Source: Acidobacteriota bacterium (GTDB lineage Bacteria; Acidobacteriota; Blastocatellia; Pyrinomonadales; Pyrinomonadaceae). Taken from it: 29,630 nucleotides of DNA. The notes beneath the pieces are model-generated. The model was not told the DNA's origin. It worked only from the letters and a program-made list of their open reading frames with translations, and ran no database searches. The stretch lies in assembly GCA_039931085.1 (NCBI GenBank), contig JBDTSO010000001.1, positions 1 through 29,630 of the forward strand, read 5' to 3'. Position numbers and translations under genes: made by a program. Of this stretch, positions 8,630-17,216 are shown piece after piece (within the stretch, counting starts at the first letter, position 1; each line of letters opens with the position of its first letter).

Positions 8630-11600
8630 ATGGCTTCGTGGCAAGTTAATCAACTTAAATATGCTTTTGGTATCGGTGGATTGATGTCTTTTTACGGCAT
8701 CGTTTCAATGATTACGTGGTTGGCTGGCGACCGATTCGGTTATACTTATACTCAAAGAATCGTAATTATCGTTCTTGTTTTGCTGACTCTGCCGATTGCC
8801 CTCGTTACGGGCTACGCGGCAAAACGGCGAAGTAAAAAGAAAGAAGTCAAAGAAGCGGAAGCTAAAGTTGAAGAAAAATCAACCGATGACAAAGCGCAAA
8901 AACTCGCTGTGCCGACGGGAAATTATGACGATTTATCAAAGAGTTCAGAAGAAGTAATTCAGTTTTTGAAAAGTTCAAATCTCGGCGAAAACGGTAAAGA
9001 AGCCGTTTATTCTCTGCCGTGGTATGTCGTCGCGGGATTGCCGAAAAGCGGCAAGTCTTCGCTCGTTTTGGGTTCAAATCTGGATTTCCAAAATTTGCCG
9101 AGCCAGCGCGAGTCGGAGCAAAAATTTATTCGCTCGACGCGAAACATTGATTGGCGCGTAACCAGTGATGCGGTTTTCGTTGACACGGCAGGACGTTATC
9201 AAACCGAAGGCATTGACGGCGACGAATGGGCGGCTCTGCTCGAGGTAATCAAAAAATCCCGTCCGAAACGTCCGCTTGACGGATTTTTGCTCGCCATCAA
9301 CGCGAACAAAATTTTAAGTTCAAATGAACAGGAAATTGAACAAAATGCTAAGATTCTGCGGACGCGGCTCGACGAAGCGATGCAGCGATTAAAGGTGCGT
9401 TTTCCGGTTTATCTGGTTTTTACAAACGCCGATTCGATTGAAGGCTTCCGCGATTCGTTTTCGACTTCCAAAAACGAAGGCAAAAACTTAGTTTGGGGCG
9501 CGACGATTCCGCTCGAAAAAAGCGAAAACGCGCAGACGATGTTCGACGGGGAATACGAAATACTGCACAATTCGCTGATGAAACGCCGCCTGATGCGCCT
9601 TTCCGCGCCGTTTCCGCCGGTTCGTCAACTGCGTATTTTTAATTTTCCGCTTCATTTCGGTTCGGCGCGGCGCAAAATCGGCGCGTTTGTTTCGACGCTG
9701 TTTCGCCCGAATCCGTTTAGCGAAAGTCCTTTTTTGCGCGGTTTTTATTTCACCGCCGCGCCGTCAAAAAGTCCGCCCGTCAAACCCGGACAAACTTTGG
9801 CAAACGTGCCGCAAACTCTCGGCAATACTTATTTTACCGAAAGATTTTTCCGCGATGTGCTGCTGCGCGACAAAGATATAGTCCGCACTTTTCAGCAGCA
9901 AAAACAAAAACCGCCGATTTTGGGTTGGGTTTTAACTTCAATCGGAGCGTTGCTGGTTTTCGGATTTCTGGTGATGGCGGGCGTTTCGCTTTACAAAAAC
10001 AAACAACTGCTCGACGAAGCAGAAACCAAAGGCGAGGCGGTTTTGAACATCGTCAAATCCGATGCGGGGAAAAATCCGCTTGAAAAACAGAAAGATGATG
10101 TTATTCGGGAAATGAATGCGACGAATGATTTGCGCGAAGTGATGACAAAGATTGACGATTACGACCACAACGGCGTGCCTCTTGATATGCGCTTCGGAAT
10201 GTATTCGGGAAATCGCGTTTATAATGAGGGACTTTTGCCGATTTATTTCAGCGTCATCGAACAGCGATACAGAAATCCGACGGTCGAGCGTTTGAAAAAG
10301 GAACTGGAAAAGTTTGCTAACACTCCACAAACTGCAAATCCGGCGCAATTGACCGCGCAGGAAGAAGAAAATCTGGGTAAAAATTACGATTTGTTAAAGG
10401 CATATTTGATGCTGACGAGCGATTACAAAGACAAAGCCGAGCCTTCGCATATTTCAAATACGCTCAAAGATTACTGGGTTTCGGAGGCGAAAGTTCCCGC
10501 CGGAATGGAACTCATCGCGCAACAGCAGCTCGATTTTTGGGCGAAACAGGTTCCGCGTCAGGATGCGATTGGAAATATGACCAGCGTTCAGATGGACAAG
10601 CCTCTGGTCGAAGCTGTTCGCAAAAAACTTCAGGCATTTCCGCCGGTTTTTCGTTATTACAAAGAAAAAGTTACGGAAATTTCCAAACAGGTTGATGAAA
10701 ACGTCGGACAGACGACGGTTCAGGGAATTTTGACCAGAAGCGGCGCGAACTTCCCCACTTATATGGACGGAACTTATACAATTCCGAGCGCATACACGCT
10801 TGAAGGCTATAAGTTGATGAAAACCGCGATTGACGAAGCCGACACGAAATTGAATTCGGAAAATTGGGTAATGGGCGATCAAAATAAAAGTTCCGTTACA
10901 CAAACTACCGACGCGGGAACGCTCGAACAACGCTACCTGCGCGATTATTCGGACAACTGGAAAAAACTTATTCAGGGAACAAGCGTCAAATTTGATAAAG
11001 CGAATGCCGCCGAAGCGTTGCAGGCGTTTTCGTCCGCCAATTCGCCGATGAAAATTTTGATGATGCAGATTGCCCGCAACACGAATTTTTCCGCCAAACC
11101 GACGGAAGACGGCTGGTGGGAATGGATAAAAAGTTTTTTCAGTAAAAAAGTGTCAACCGAAACAGGCGGCAGTACGCAGGTTGAAAAAGATTTTCTGCCG
11201 CTTTTCACATTTGTCGGAAAAGAAGAGAAAACCAAAGCTCCGCTTGACGATTATCAAAGCGCAATCGGGGCGGTTTCAAATAAATACAGCAGTTTTTCAG
11301 CCGCTGACATAAATCAACTTTCAGTGGATTTGGCGAAAGATGACAATAAAAAGTTTACTGAATTAAAATCTGCCGAAACAAAAATTAACGGTTTGTTAAA
11401 CGGTTTTAATACGACTTCGGCAGGACAGGAATTAGCCAGTCTTTTGAAAGAACCGATTGATAATTTGAATTCTTTGCTCGGCACCGGACTGAAAGAACAG
11501 CTTGACAAAGCGTGGAGAGATCAGCTTTTGCCGTCGGCGAAAGAAGCCGAAAAAGGTTTTCCGTTTGAAGACGCGGACGCGGAAACCGATCTGCCGAAGT

Positions 11601-12298
11601 TGACGGCTTATCTAAATCCGGTTGACGGCAAATTATCGAAATTCTACGACGACCGTTTGAAGAAATATTTTGACGGAAATCCGGGCAGCTTAAAGCTCAA
11701 AGAAACCAACGATGTTAAATTCAGCGACGAATTTGTCAATTATTTAAATAGCGCGTTTCAACTGCGCGAAGCCTTATACGGCAAAAACGCCGCGCCGAAT
11801 TTCAGTTATCAATTCACGTTGAAACCTGTTGACAAAGCAATTATCGAAGGCACGATTGACGGACAATCAATAACTTCGGAAGGGACGGAAGCGAGTAAAT
11901 TGCTCAAATTCCCCGCCGATACGAGCGCGAGCGGCATCGGCGTTTATCTGAAATTAATCGGTTCGGGCGACGCGAATTCCACTCTAGGAAGTTCTTTGGC
12001 AAATACTTCCGCGCCAAACGTCAACTCTGCAAGCAACACGAACTCCGCGCCAAGCAAAAATTTACAAAACAGCACCAATAGTTCTTCAAACGCGGTGCTG
12101 CAAAATACGGGAACTTGGGGTTTGTTTAAGTTTTTTAACTCCGCTTCGTCAAATAAAGAACCGAGCGGTGAATATGTTTTGAACTTCAAAATCGGCGGCA
12201 AAACCGCGACGGCAATTATTAAACCGGGCGGCGGCGATTTATTTAACAAAGATTTATTCAAATCGGTGCGTGCGCCGGAGAAGTTATTAAAGCCGTGA
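8630..12298 (+). CDS. tssM: T6SS membrane subunit TssM (IcmF family)
   Basis: It is 1222 aa with two N-terminal TM helices, LPWYVVAG, Walker A GLPKSGKS, FVDTAGRY, RFPVYLVFT, LRGFYFT and a third TM before a long periplasmic region. Confidence 0.93.
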   Translation: MASWQVNQLKYAFGIGGLMSFYGIVSMITWLAGDRFGYTYTQRIVIIVLVLLTLPIALVTGYAAKRRSKKKEVKEAEAKVEEKSTDDKAQKLAVPTGNYDDLSKSSEEVIQFLKSSNLGENGKEAVYSLPWYVVAGLPKSGKSSLVLGSNLDFQNLPSQRESEQKFIRSTRNIDWRVTSDAVFVDTAGRYQTEGIDGDEWAALLEVIKKSRPKRPLDGFLLAINANKILSSNEQEIEQNAKILRTRLDEAMQRLKVRFPVYLVFTNADSIEGFRDSFSTSKNEGKNLVWGATIPLEKSENAQTMFDGEYEILHNSLMKRRLMRLSAPFPPVRQLRIFNFPLHFGSARRKIGAFVSTLFRPNPFSESPFLRGFYFTAAPSKSPPVKPGQTLANVPQTLGNTYFTERFFRDVLLRDKDIVRTFQQQKQKPPILGWVLTSIGALLVFGFLVMAGVSLYKNKQLLDEAETKGEAVLNIVKSDAGKNPLEKQKDDVIREMNATNDLREVMTKIDDYDHNGVPLDMRFGMYSGNRVYNEGLLPIYFSVIEQRYRNPTVERLKKELEKFANTPQTANPAQLTAQEEENLGKNYDLLKAYLMLTSDYKDKAEPSHISNTLKDYWVSEAKVPAGMELIAQQQLDFWAKQVPRQDAIGNMTSVQMDKPLVEAVRKKLQAFPPVFRYYKEKVTEISKQVDENVGQTTVQGILTRSGANFPTYMDGTYTIPSAYTLEGYKLMKTAIDEADTKLNSENWVMGDQNKSSVTQTTDAGTLEQRYLRDYSDNWKKLIQGTSVKFDKANAAEALQAFSSANSPMKILMMQIARNTNFSAKPTEDGWWEWIKSFFSKKVSTETGGSTQVEKDFLPLFTFVGKEEKTKAPLDDYQSAIGAVSNKYSSFSAADINQLSVDLAKDDNKKFTELKSAETKINGLLNGFNTTSAGQELASLLKEPIDNLNSLLGTGLKEQLDKAWRDQLLPSAKEAEKGFPFEDADAETDLPKLTAYLNPVDGKLSKFYDDRLKKYFDGNPGSLKLKETNDVKFSDEFVNYLNSAFQLREALYGKNAAPNFSYQFTLKPVDKAIIEGTIDGQSITSEGTEASKLLKFPADTSASGIGVYLKLIGSGDANSTLGSSLANTSAPNVNSASNTNSAPSKNLQNSTNSSSNAVLQNTGTWGLFKFFNSASSNKEPSGEYVLNFKIGGKTATAIIKPGGGDLFNKDLFKSVRAPEKLLKP

Positions 12299-12350
12299 AT
12301 CGCTATGTCTATGAAACTGCAATTTACGATTCACGATTTACGACCAAAGA
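12294..12350. repeat. Heptamer-repeat stem-loop between tssM and tagJ
   Basis: Tandem TTTACGA-TTCACGA-TTTACGA spans 12323-12343. CGTGAATCG (12294-12302) is the perfect complement of CGATTCACG (12327-12335). Confidence 0.65.
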
Positions 12351-12353
12351 AAT

Positions 12354-13154
12354 ATGAATGAAGCAAAAACACAACTCGACGCGGGAAATTTGAATGGCGC
12401 GATGGAAGCAGCTCTGCAAATGGTCAAGGCAAATCCGACGGACGCAGCGGCGCGGACATTTCTTTTTGAACTTTCGTGTTTTGCGGGAAACTGGGATCGC
12501 GCCGAAAAACAACTGGAAGTTATCGGTCATCAAGATGTCAAGGCGATAATCGGCGCACAGATTTTTAAGCAGAATCTTGGCGCGGAACGAGATCGTCTGC
12601 GTCATTTTGCCGATGGTTTGATGCCCGAATGTTTGATGACACCGCCGAAATATGTCGAAGATTTGCTCGTCGCCAATAACCGTCTGCGCGAAGGCAAAAT
12701 CGCCGAAGCGCGGCAGGTTTTAGATAAAATAGAGGAAGAAAGACCGGCTTTTGCCTGTAAAATTAACGGTGAAGAATACAGCGATTTCCGCGATTACAAT
12801 GATTTTACCTGTTGCATTTTTGAAACAATCGTCAAGGATTCTTACGCCTGGATTCCGTTCGAACAAGTCAAAAAAGTTGAATTTGAAGAGCCGAAGAGTC
12901 TGCGCGATCTTTTTTGGGTGCAAACAAAAGTTGAAATGATAAACGGCACGACGGGCGAAATGTTTTTCCCCGCGCTTTACGTCAATTCGTGGAAAAGCGA
13001 TAACGATCAGGTGCGTCTGGGCAGAATGACCGATTGGCAGGATTTGGGCGACGATTTATACATCGGTGAAGGATTGCGCGTTTTTTGGTTTGACGGACAG
13101 GAAAAGGCAATTCTCGGACTGCGTGAAATTGAATTTTTTCATTCGGAAGAATAA
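12354..13154 (+). CDS. tagJ: T6SS accessory protein TagJ (ImpE/SciE family)
   Basis: The TPR-like N-terminus reads RTFLFELSCFAGNWDRAEKQL. The ImpE region reads FRDYNDF...YAWIPF...PKSLRDLFW...PALY...RLGRMTDW. Confidence 0.9.
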   Translation: MNEAKTQLDAGNLNGAMEAALQMVKANPTDAAARTFLFELSCFAGNWDRAEKQLEVIGHQDVKAIIGAQIFKQNLGAERDRLRHFADGLMPECLMTPPKYVEDLLVANNRLREGKIAEARQVLDKIEEERPAFACKINGEEYSDFRDYNDFTCCIFETIVKDSYAWIPFEQVKKVEFEEPKSLRDLFWVQTKVEMINGTTGEMFFPALYVNSWKSDNDQVRLGRMTDWQDLGDDLYIGEGLRVFWFDGQEKAILGLREIEFFHSEE

Positions 13155-13224
13155 ACTGAGCGAAATAATTTTTTCCGCCGACAAACGACTAAGCAAAATA
13201 AAATTAGCAGATTAAAAAACATTT

Positions 13225-14370
13225 ATGACCGTTGAACCATTACCCCCGGTAATTAACTTAGAAGTGATACTGTCGCCGATCTCGGAAGAAAATCCTGCGG
13301 GAGAAAGCACGCGCTACTCCGGGCTTTACGACGAAATCAACGAAGCGCGGCGGGCAGATGAAGATTTGGCATTAGGAGCGTGGAAAACCGACTTAAAAGT
13401 TGCCGATTTTCGCAAAGTGATTGAATTGGCGAGACCTGCGCTGGAAAAAGAAACCAAAGATTTACAAATTGCCGTGTGGTTTTCCGAAGCACTTGTTAAA
13501 GAATACGGATTTGTCGGTCTGCGCGACAGTTTGAAAATGGTCAGCGGTTTGCAGGACAAATTTTGGGAAACAATGTTTCCTGAAATTGACGACGGCGATC
13601 AGGAAGGTCGCGCCAACGCCATTTCGTGGATGGATACGCAAACCGCGTTTACCATTAAGGAAGCAACAATAACACAGGGCGACGGATACAGTTTTTTTGA
13701 TTTTGAAGATTCAAAACGCTTTGATATTCCCGACAATATCGAAACATTAGGTTCCGCCGATCAGGAAATTTATCAAAAGCTGAGAGCGCAAGCCGAAACT
13801 GAAAAAAAAGTTACGTCCGATTTGTGGCGCAAGGCGAAATCCGAATCGCGCCGTGCTTTTTACGAAGAACTTTCGCTCGTTATCGAAGAATGTTGGACGG
13901 AATACGCTGATCTTAACCGCGTCATCGAAGAAAAATTTGATCGCAATCAAGCTCCCGGACTCAGCAATTTAAAAAAATCGCTGGAAGACGTTCAAAATCA
14001 AGTTAAAAAACTTTTGGAAGAAAAACGCGCCGAAGAACCCGACGAGATTGAAGAAGGAATTGACGAAGAAAAAAGTGGTGGAAATGAAGCAAGTTCGACG
14101 GACAAAGGCGGAATTGTCGTTTCAAGCGTCGGCGGAACAATTCAAAATCGGAAAGACGCGCTTCGGAGGCTTTCCAATCTTGCCGAATTTTTCCAAAAAA
14201 CCGAGCCGCACAGTCCGGTTTCATATCTCGTGCAGCGTGCCGTCAAATGGGGAAATATGCCGCTTGAAACGTGGCTTCAGGATGTTATCAAAGACGAATC
14301 CATTCTCTCGCAACTGCGGCAAACACTCGGCTTTAACACAAACATAACGGATTCGCCGGAATCCCAATAG
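13225..14370 (+). CDS. tssA: T6SS TssA, short TssA1 type
   Basis: An ImpA_N domain (LSPISEENPAGES, KDLQIAVW) is paired with the C-terminal FFQKTEPHSPVSYLVQRAVKWG (EPxSP motif). Length is 381 aa. Confidence 0.92.
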   Translation: MTVEPLPPVINLEVILSPISEENPAGESTRYSGLYDEINEARRADEDLALGAWKTDLKVADFRKVIELARPALEKETKDLQIAVWFSEALVKEYGFVGLRDSLKMVSGLQDKFWETMFPEIDDGDQEGRANAISWMDTQTAFTIKEATITQGDGYSFFDFEDSKRFDIPDNIETLGSADQEIYQKLRAQAETEKKVTSDLWRKAKSESRRAFYEELSLVIEECWTEYADLNRVIEEKFDRNQAPGLSNLKKSLEDVQNQVKKLLEEKRAEEPDEIEEGIDEEKSGGNEASSTDKGGIVVSSVGGTIQNRKDALRRLSNLAEFFQKTEPHSPVSYLVQRAVKWGNMPLETWLQDVIKDESILSQLRQTLGFNTNITDSPESQ

Positions 14371-14424
14371 ATTGTCTGAAGTTTATTTATAAATTAAAAA
14401 CCAATAAAGATAAGGAGAAAAATT

Positions 14425-14943
14425 ATGCCAAAAAAAGAAAGTCTGCAACATAGAATTGATCGCGTGCGTCCGCCGCGTATTCAAATTACATACGATGTCG
14501 AAGTCGGCGGAGCAATCGAGTTAAAGGAATTGCCGTTTGTCGTCGGAGTAATGGGCGATTTTGTCGGCAAACCGGAAGAAATGCTGCCCGCGCTCAAAAA
14601 TCGCAAATTTGTTGAAGTTGACCGCGACAATTTTGATCAGGTATTGTCCGGTATGAAGCCGCGTCTGGCTTACAGCGTCGAGAATAAATTGCAAAACGAC
14701 GGCAGCAAGCTGGGTATCGAACTAAAATTCAACAGTATCGAAGATTTTGAGCCTGACAATGTTGTCCAGCAGGTTGAACCGCTTCGCAAACTCGTCGAAG
14801 CGCGTAAAAAACTTTCCGATTTGCGTTCAAAAATGGACGGTAACGAAAAGTTGGAAAATATTCTTAACGATATTATTTCAAATACCGATAAACAACAGCA
14901 ATTAAGCGATGCGCTCGGCATCGAAGGTGGAAAGGAGGAATAA
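14425..14943 (+). CDS. tssB: T6SS contractile sheath small subunit TssB
   Basis: It contains RVRPPRIQITYDVE...KELPFVVGVMGDF and FNSIEDFEPDNVVQQVEPL, with an AAGGAG RBS upstream. Confidence 0.96.
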   Translation: MPKKESLQHRIDRVRPPRIQITYDVEVGGAIELKELPFVVGVMGDFVGKPEEMLPALKNRKFVEVDRDNFDQVLSGMKPRLAYSVENKLQNDGSKLGIELKFNSIEDFEPDNVVQQVEPLRKLVEARKKLSDLRSKMDGNEKLENILNDIISNTDKQQQLSDALGIEGGKEE

Positions 14944-14946
14944 ATT

Positions 14947-16434
14947 ATGGCTGATAAAGCAAAACAAAAAGAAGTTGAAGTGCAGGAGCAGGAAGTTCAG
15001 GAAACCAGTCTGCTCGACCAGATTTTGACCGAGGGCAGAATGGCGCGGGACGAATTTCAAAAGGAAAGTGCCAAAGATATGATCGGCGAATTTGTTTCCC
15101 AGGTGATGTCGGGTCAATTAACAATGTCCAAAAATATGGATGTGGCAATTAATTCCCGAATTGCCGAGATTGATCGCCTGCTGACCGAGCAGATGAATGA
15201 AATTATGCACCACGCAGATTTCCAAAAGTTAGAAGGCTCGTGGCGCGGACTTCATCATCTGGTGATGAACAGTCTTACCAGCACACAGCTTAAAATCCGT
15301 GTGATGAGCGTCAACAAAAAAGATTTGTTGAAGGATTTTGAACGCGCGGTCGAATTCGACCAATCGGCATTATTCAAAAAAGTTTATGAAGATGAATACG
15401 GCACTTTCGGCGGCGCACCGTTCGGCGCGTTGATCGGCGATTACGAGTTCGGCAATCATCCGCAGGATATGGCTTTACTTGAAAAATTGTCGGGTGTCGC
15501 GGCGACGGCGCACGCGCCTTTTTTAAGCGCGGCATCACCGGAATTATTCGGTTGGGACGAATATTCGAATATGACTGAAGTACGCGATGTTTCAAAGATT
15601 TTTGACCGCACGGAATATATGAAGTGGCGCAGTTTCCGCGAATCGGAAGATTCGCGCTACGTCGGTTTGACGCTTCCGCGCGTTCTCGGACGAGAACCTT
15701 ACGGCGCGGCGACCAGACCGATTGAGACGTTTAATTTTGAAGAAGAAGTTACCGGCAAAGACCACTCCAAATATTTGTGGAGCAATGCCGCTTACGCTTT
15801 GGGCGTTCGTCTGACTGAGGCTTTTTCGATGCACGGCTGGTGCGTGGCGATTCGCGGCGTGGAAGGCGGCGGCTTGGTTGACGGACTACCGACGCATACG
15901 TTTGAAACCGACGAGGGCGAAATAGCGATGAAATGTCCGACGGAAGTTGCCATCACCGACCGCCGCGAAAAGGAATTTGCCGACAACGGATTTATTCCGC
16001 TCGTTCACTGTAAAAACACCGATTACGCGGCATTTTTCGCCACCCAATCGGCGAACAAAGCGAAGAAATACGATACTGATTCAGCCAATGCCAACGCGCG
16101 GCTTTCAACTCAGCTTCAATACATTTTCGCCGTTTCACGTTTCGCTCATTATTTGAAATCAATGATGCGAGACAAAATCGGCAGCTTTATGTCGCGTGAA
16201 GAGGCGGAAAAATTCTTAAATCGGTGGATAAGCAATTACATTCTGGATAGCGATACCGCGTCGCAAAATGCCAAAGCATCACGTCCGCTGCGCGAAGCTC
16301 GAATTGACGTTGCTGAAATTCCTGGAAAACCCGGCTGCTACAAAGCAGTTGCCTTTTTACGACCGCATTTCCAGCTTGACGAACTCTCGGTTTCATTAAG
16401 ATTAGTCGCGGAATTACCCGCTCAAGTTAAATAA
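14947..16434 (+). CDS. tssC: T6SS contractile sheath large subunit TssC
   Basis: It contains FQKLEGSWRGL, YEDEYGTFGGAPFG, CPTEVAITDRRE and FLRPHFQLDEL. Length is 495 aa. Confidence 0.97.
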   Translation: MADKAKQKEVEVQEQEVQETSLLDQILTEGRMARDEFQKESAKDMIGEFVSQVMSGQLTMSKNMDVAINSRIAEIDRLLTEQMNEIMHHADFQKLEGSWRGLHHLVMNSLTSTQLKIRVMSVNKKDLLKDFERAVEFDQSALFKKVYEDEYGTFGGAPFGALIGDYEFGNHPQDMALLEKLSGVAATAHAPFLSAASPELFGWDEYSNMTEVRDVSKIFDRTEYMKWRSFRESEDSRYVGLTLPRVLGREPYGAATRPIETFNFEEEVTGKDHSKYLWSNAAYALGVRLTEAFSMHGWCVAIRGVEGGGLVDGLPTHTFETDEGEIAMKCPTEVAITDRREKEFADNGFIPLVHCKNTDYAAFFATQSANKAKKYDTDSANANARLSTQLQYIFAVSRFAHYLKSMMRDKIGSFMSREEAEKFLNRWISNYILDSDTASQNAKASRPLREARIDVAEIPGKPGCYKAVAFLRPHFQLDELSVSLRLVAELPAQVK

Positions 16435-16438
16435 ATAA

Positions 16439-16485
16439 AACAGCAAATTATTTTTAGCCATTTATGCAAAAGATAATTTGCTGTT
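16439..16485. repeat. Long stem-loop immediately after the tssC stop
   Basis: AACAGCAAATTAT (16439-16451) and ATAATTTGCTGTT (16473-16485) form a perfect 13-bp stem that extends inward by four more pairs, one of them U-G. No U tract follows. Confidence 0.7.
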
Positions 16486-16525
16486 CGTCAGTTATTTATG
16501 GGATCAAAACTTAATAAACTTTAAG

Positions 16526-16557
16526 TAGCCCAGATAATAAACTCGGCTGTTTTTTTT
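16526..16557 (+). terminator. Weak terminator-like hairpin upstream of hcp
   Basis: TAGCCCAG-ATAATAAA-CTCGGCTG forms an imperfect stem and is followed by T8. Confidence 0.4.
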
Positions 16558-16608
16558 AACAATCGGGTTGGTCAGATAATAAAAATGGTTTAAGGAGAAT
16601 AAAAGAAT

Positions 16609-17097
16609 ATGGCTAACATCTTTATGAAATTGGATTCTTTACAAGGAGAATCTAAACAACAAGACTTTGATGGTTGGATCGAGGTTGAACACGTAAATTA
16701 CAGTGTCCATTCTCCGTCATCAGTCGGAACCGGAACGGGAAGCGGTGTAGGAAAAGCAGAACCGTCACCTATTACTGTCGTCGCCTATCAGGGAGCGCAC
16801 ACGCCTGAGATATCAAAGCGTCAATACGAGGGAATGCATTGGAAGGATGTAACTATCACTTTTTTGAAGCAGACAGGCGCGACATCATCAAAAAACGATA
16901 AGTATTTAGAAATAAAATTGAAGGAAGTATTTTTGGTAGGATTTCAGCCCCAATTAGGAGGAAATGAAAAGCCGCTCGAAACATTTACTTTTACTTATAA
17001 TGATATTGAAATCGAGTATTTCAAACAAAATGATGACGGATCAAATGTTTCGGTAGGTAAGACCGGATATAACACGAAGACAAATGTCGCTCGCTAG
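16609..17097 (+). CDS. hcp: T6SS tube protein Hcp (TssD)
   Basis: It contains IFMKLDSLQGESK...DGWIEV, YLEIKLKEV and PLETFTFTYNDIEIEY. It is 162 aa, has a TAAGGAG RBS and follows tssC. Confidence 0.92.
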   Translation: MANIFMKLDSLQGESKQQDFDGWIEVEHVNYSVHSPSSVGTGTGSGVGKAEPSPITVVAYQGAHTPEISKRQYEGMHWKDVTITFLKQTGATSSKNDKYLEIKLKEVFLVGFQPQLGGNEKPLETFTFTYNDIEIEYFKQNDDGSNVSVGKTGYNTKTNVAR

Positions 17098-17161
17098 GAT
17101 GTTTGAAACTTTTTGTAAAACTTCTCTCTGATTTGAGAAATCTCTTGATTTGAAGAATTTC

Positions 17162-17216
17162 TACGGATTCTGATAGGTTGTATGAAGTTTTCAATCTATT
17201 AGAATCTGTATTTTCT
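17162..17216 (+). terminator. Long hairpin after hcp (terminator or mRNA-stabilising element)
   Basis: TACGGATTCTGATAGGTTG (17162-17180) pairs with CAATCTATTAGAATCTGTA (17192-17210) as a 19-bp stem. All three non-Watson-Crick positions are G-U on the + strand RNA. TTTTCT follows. Confidence 0.65.

Noticed and set aside
7821-12350. CRISPR-like interpretation of the short repeats
   Set aside because: The units are 7 nt and contiguous, with no spacers and no cas genes.
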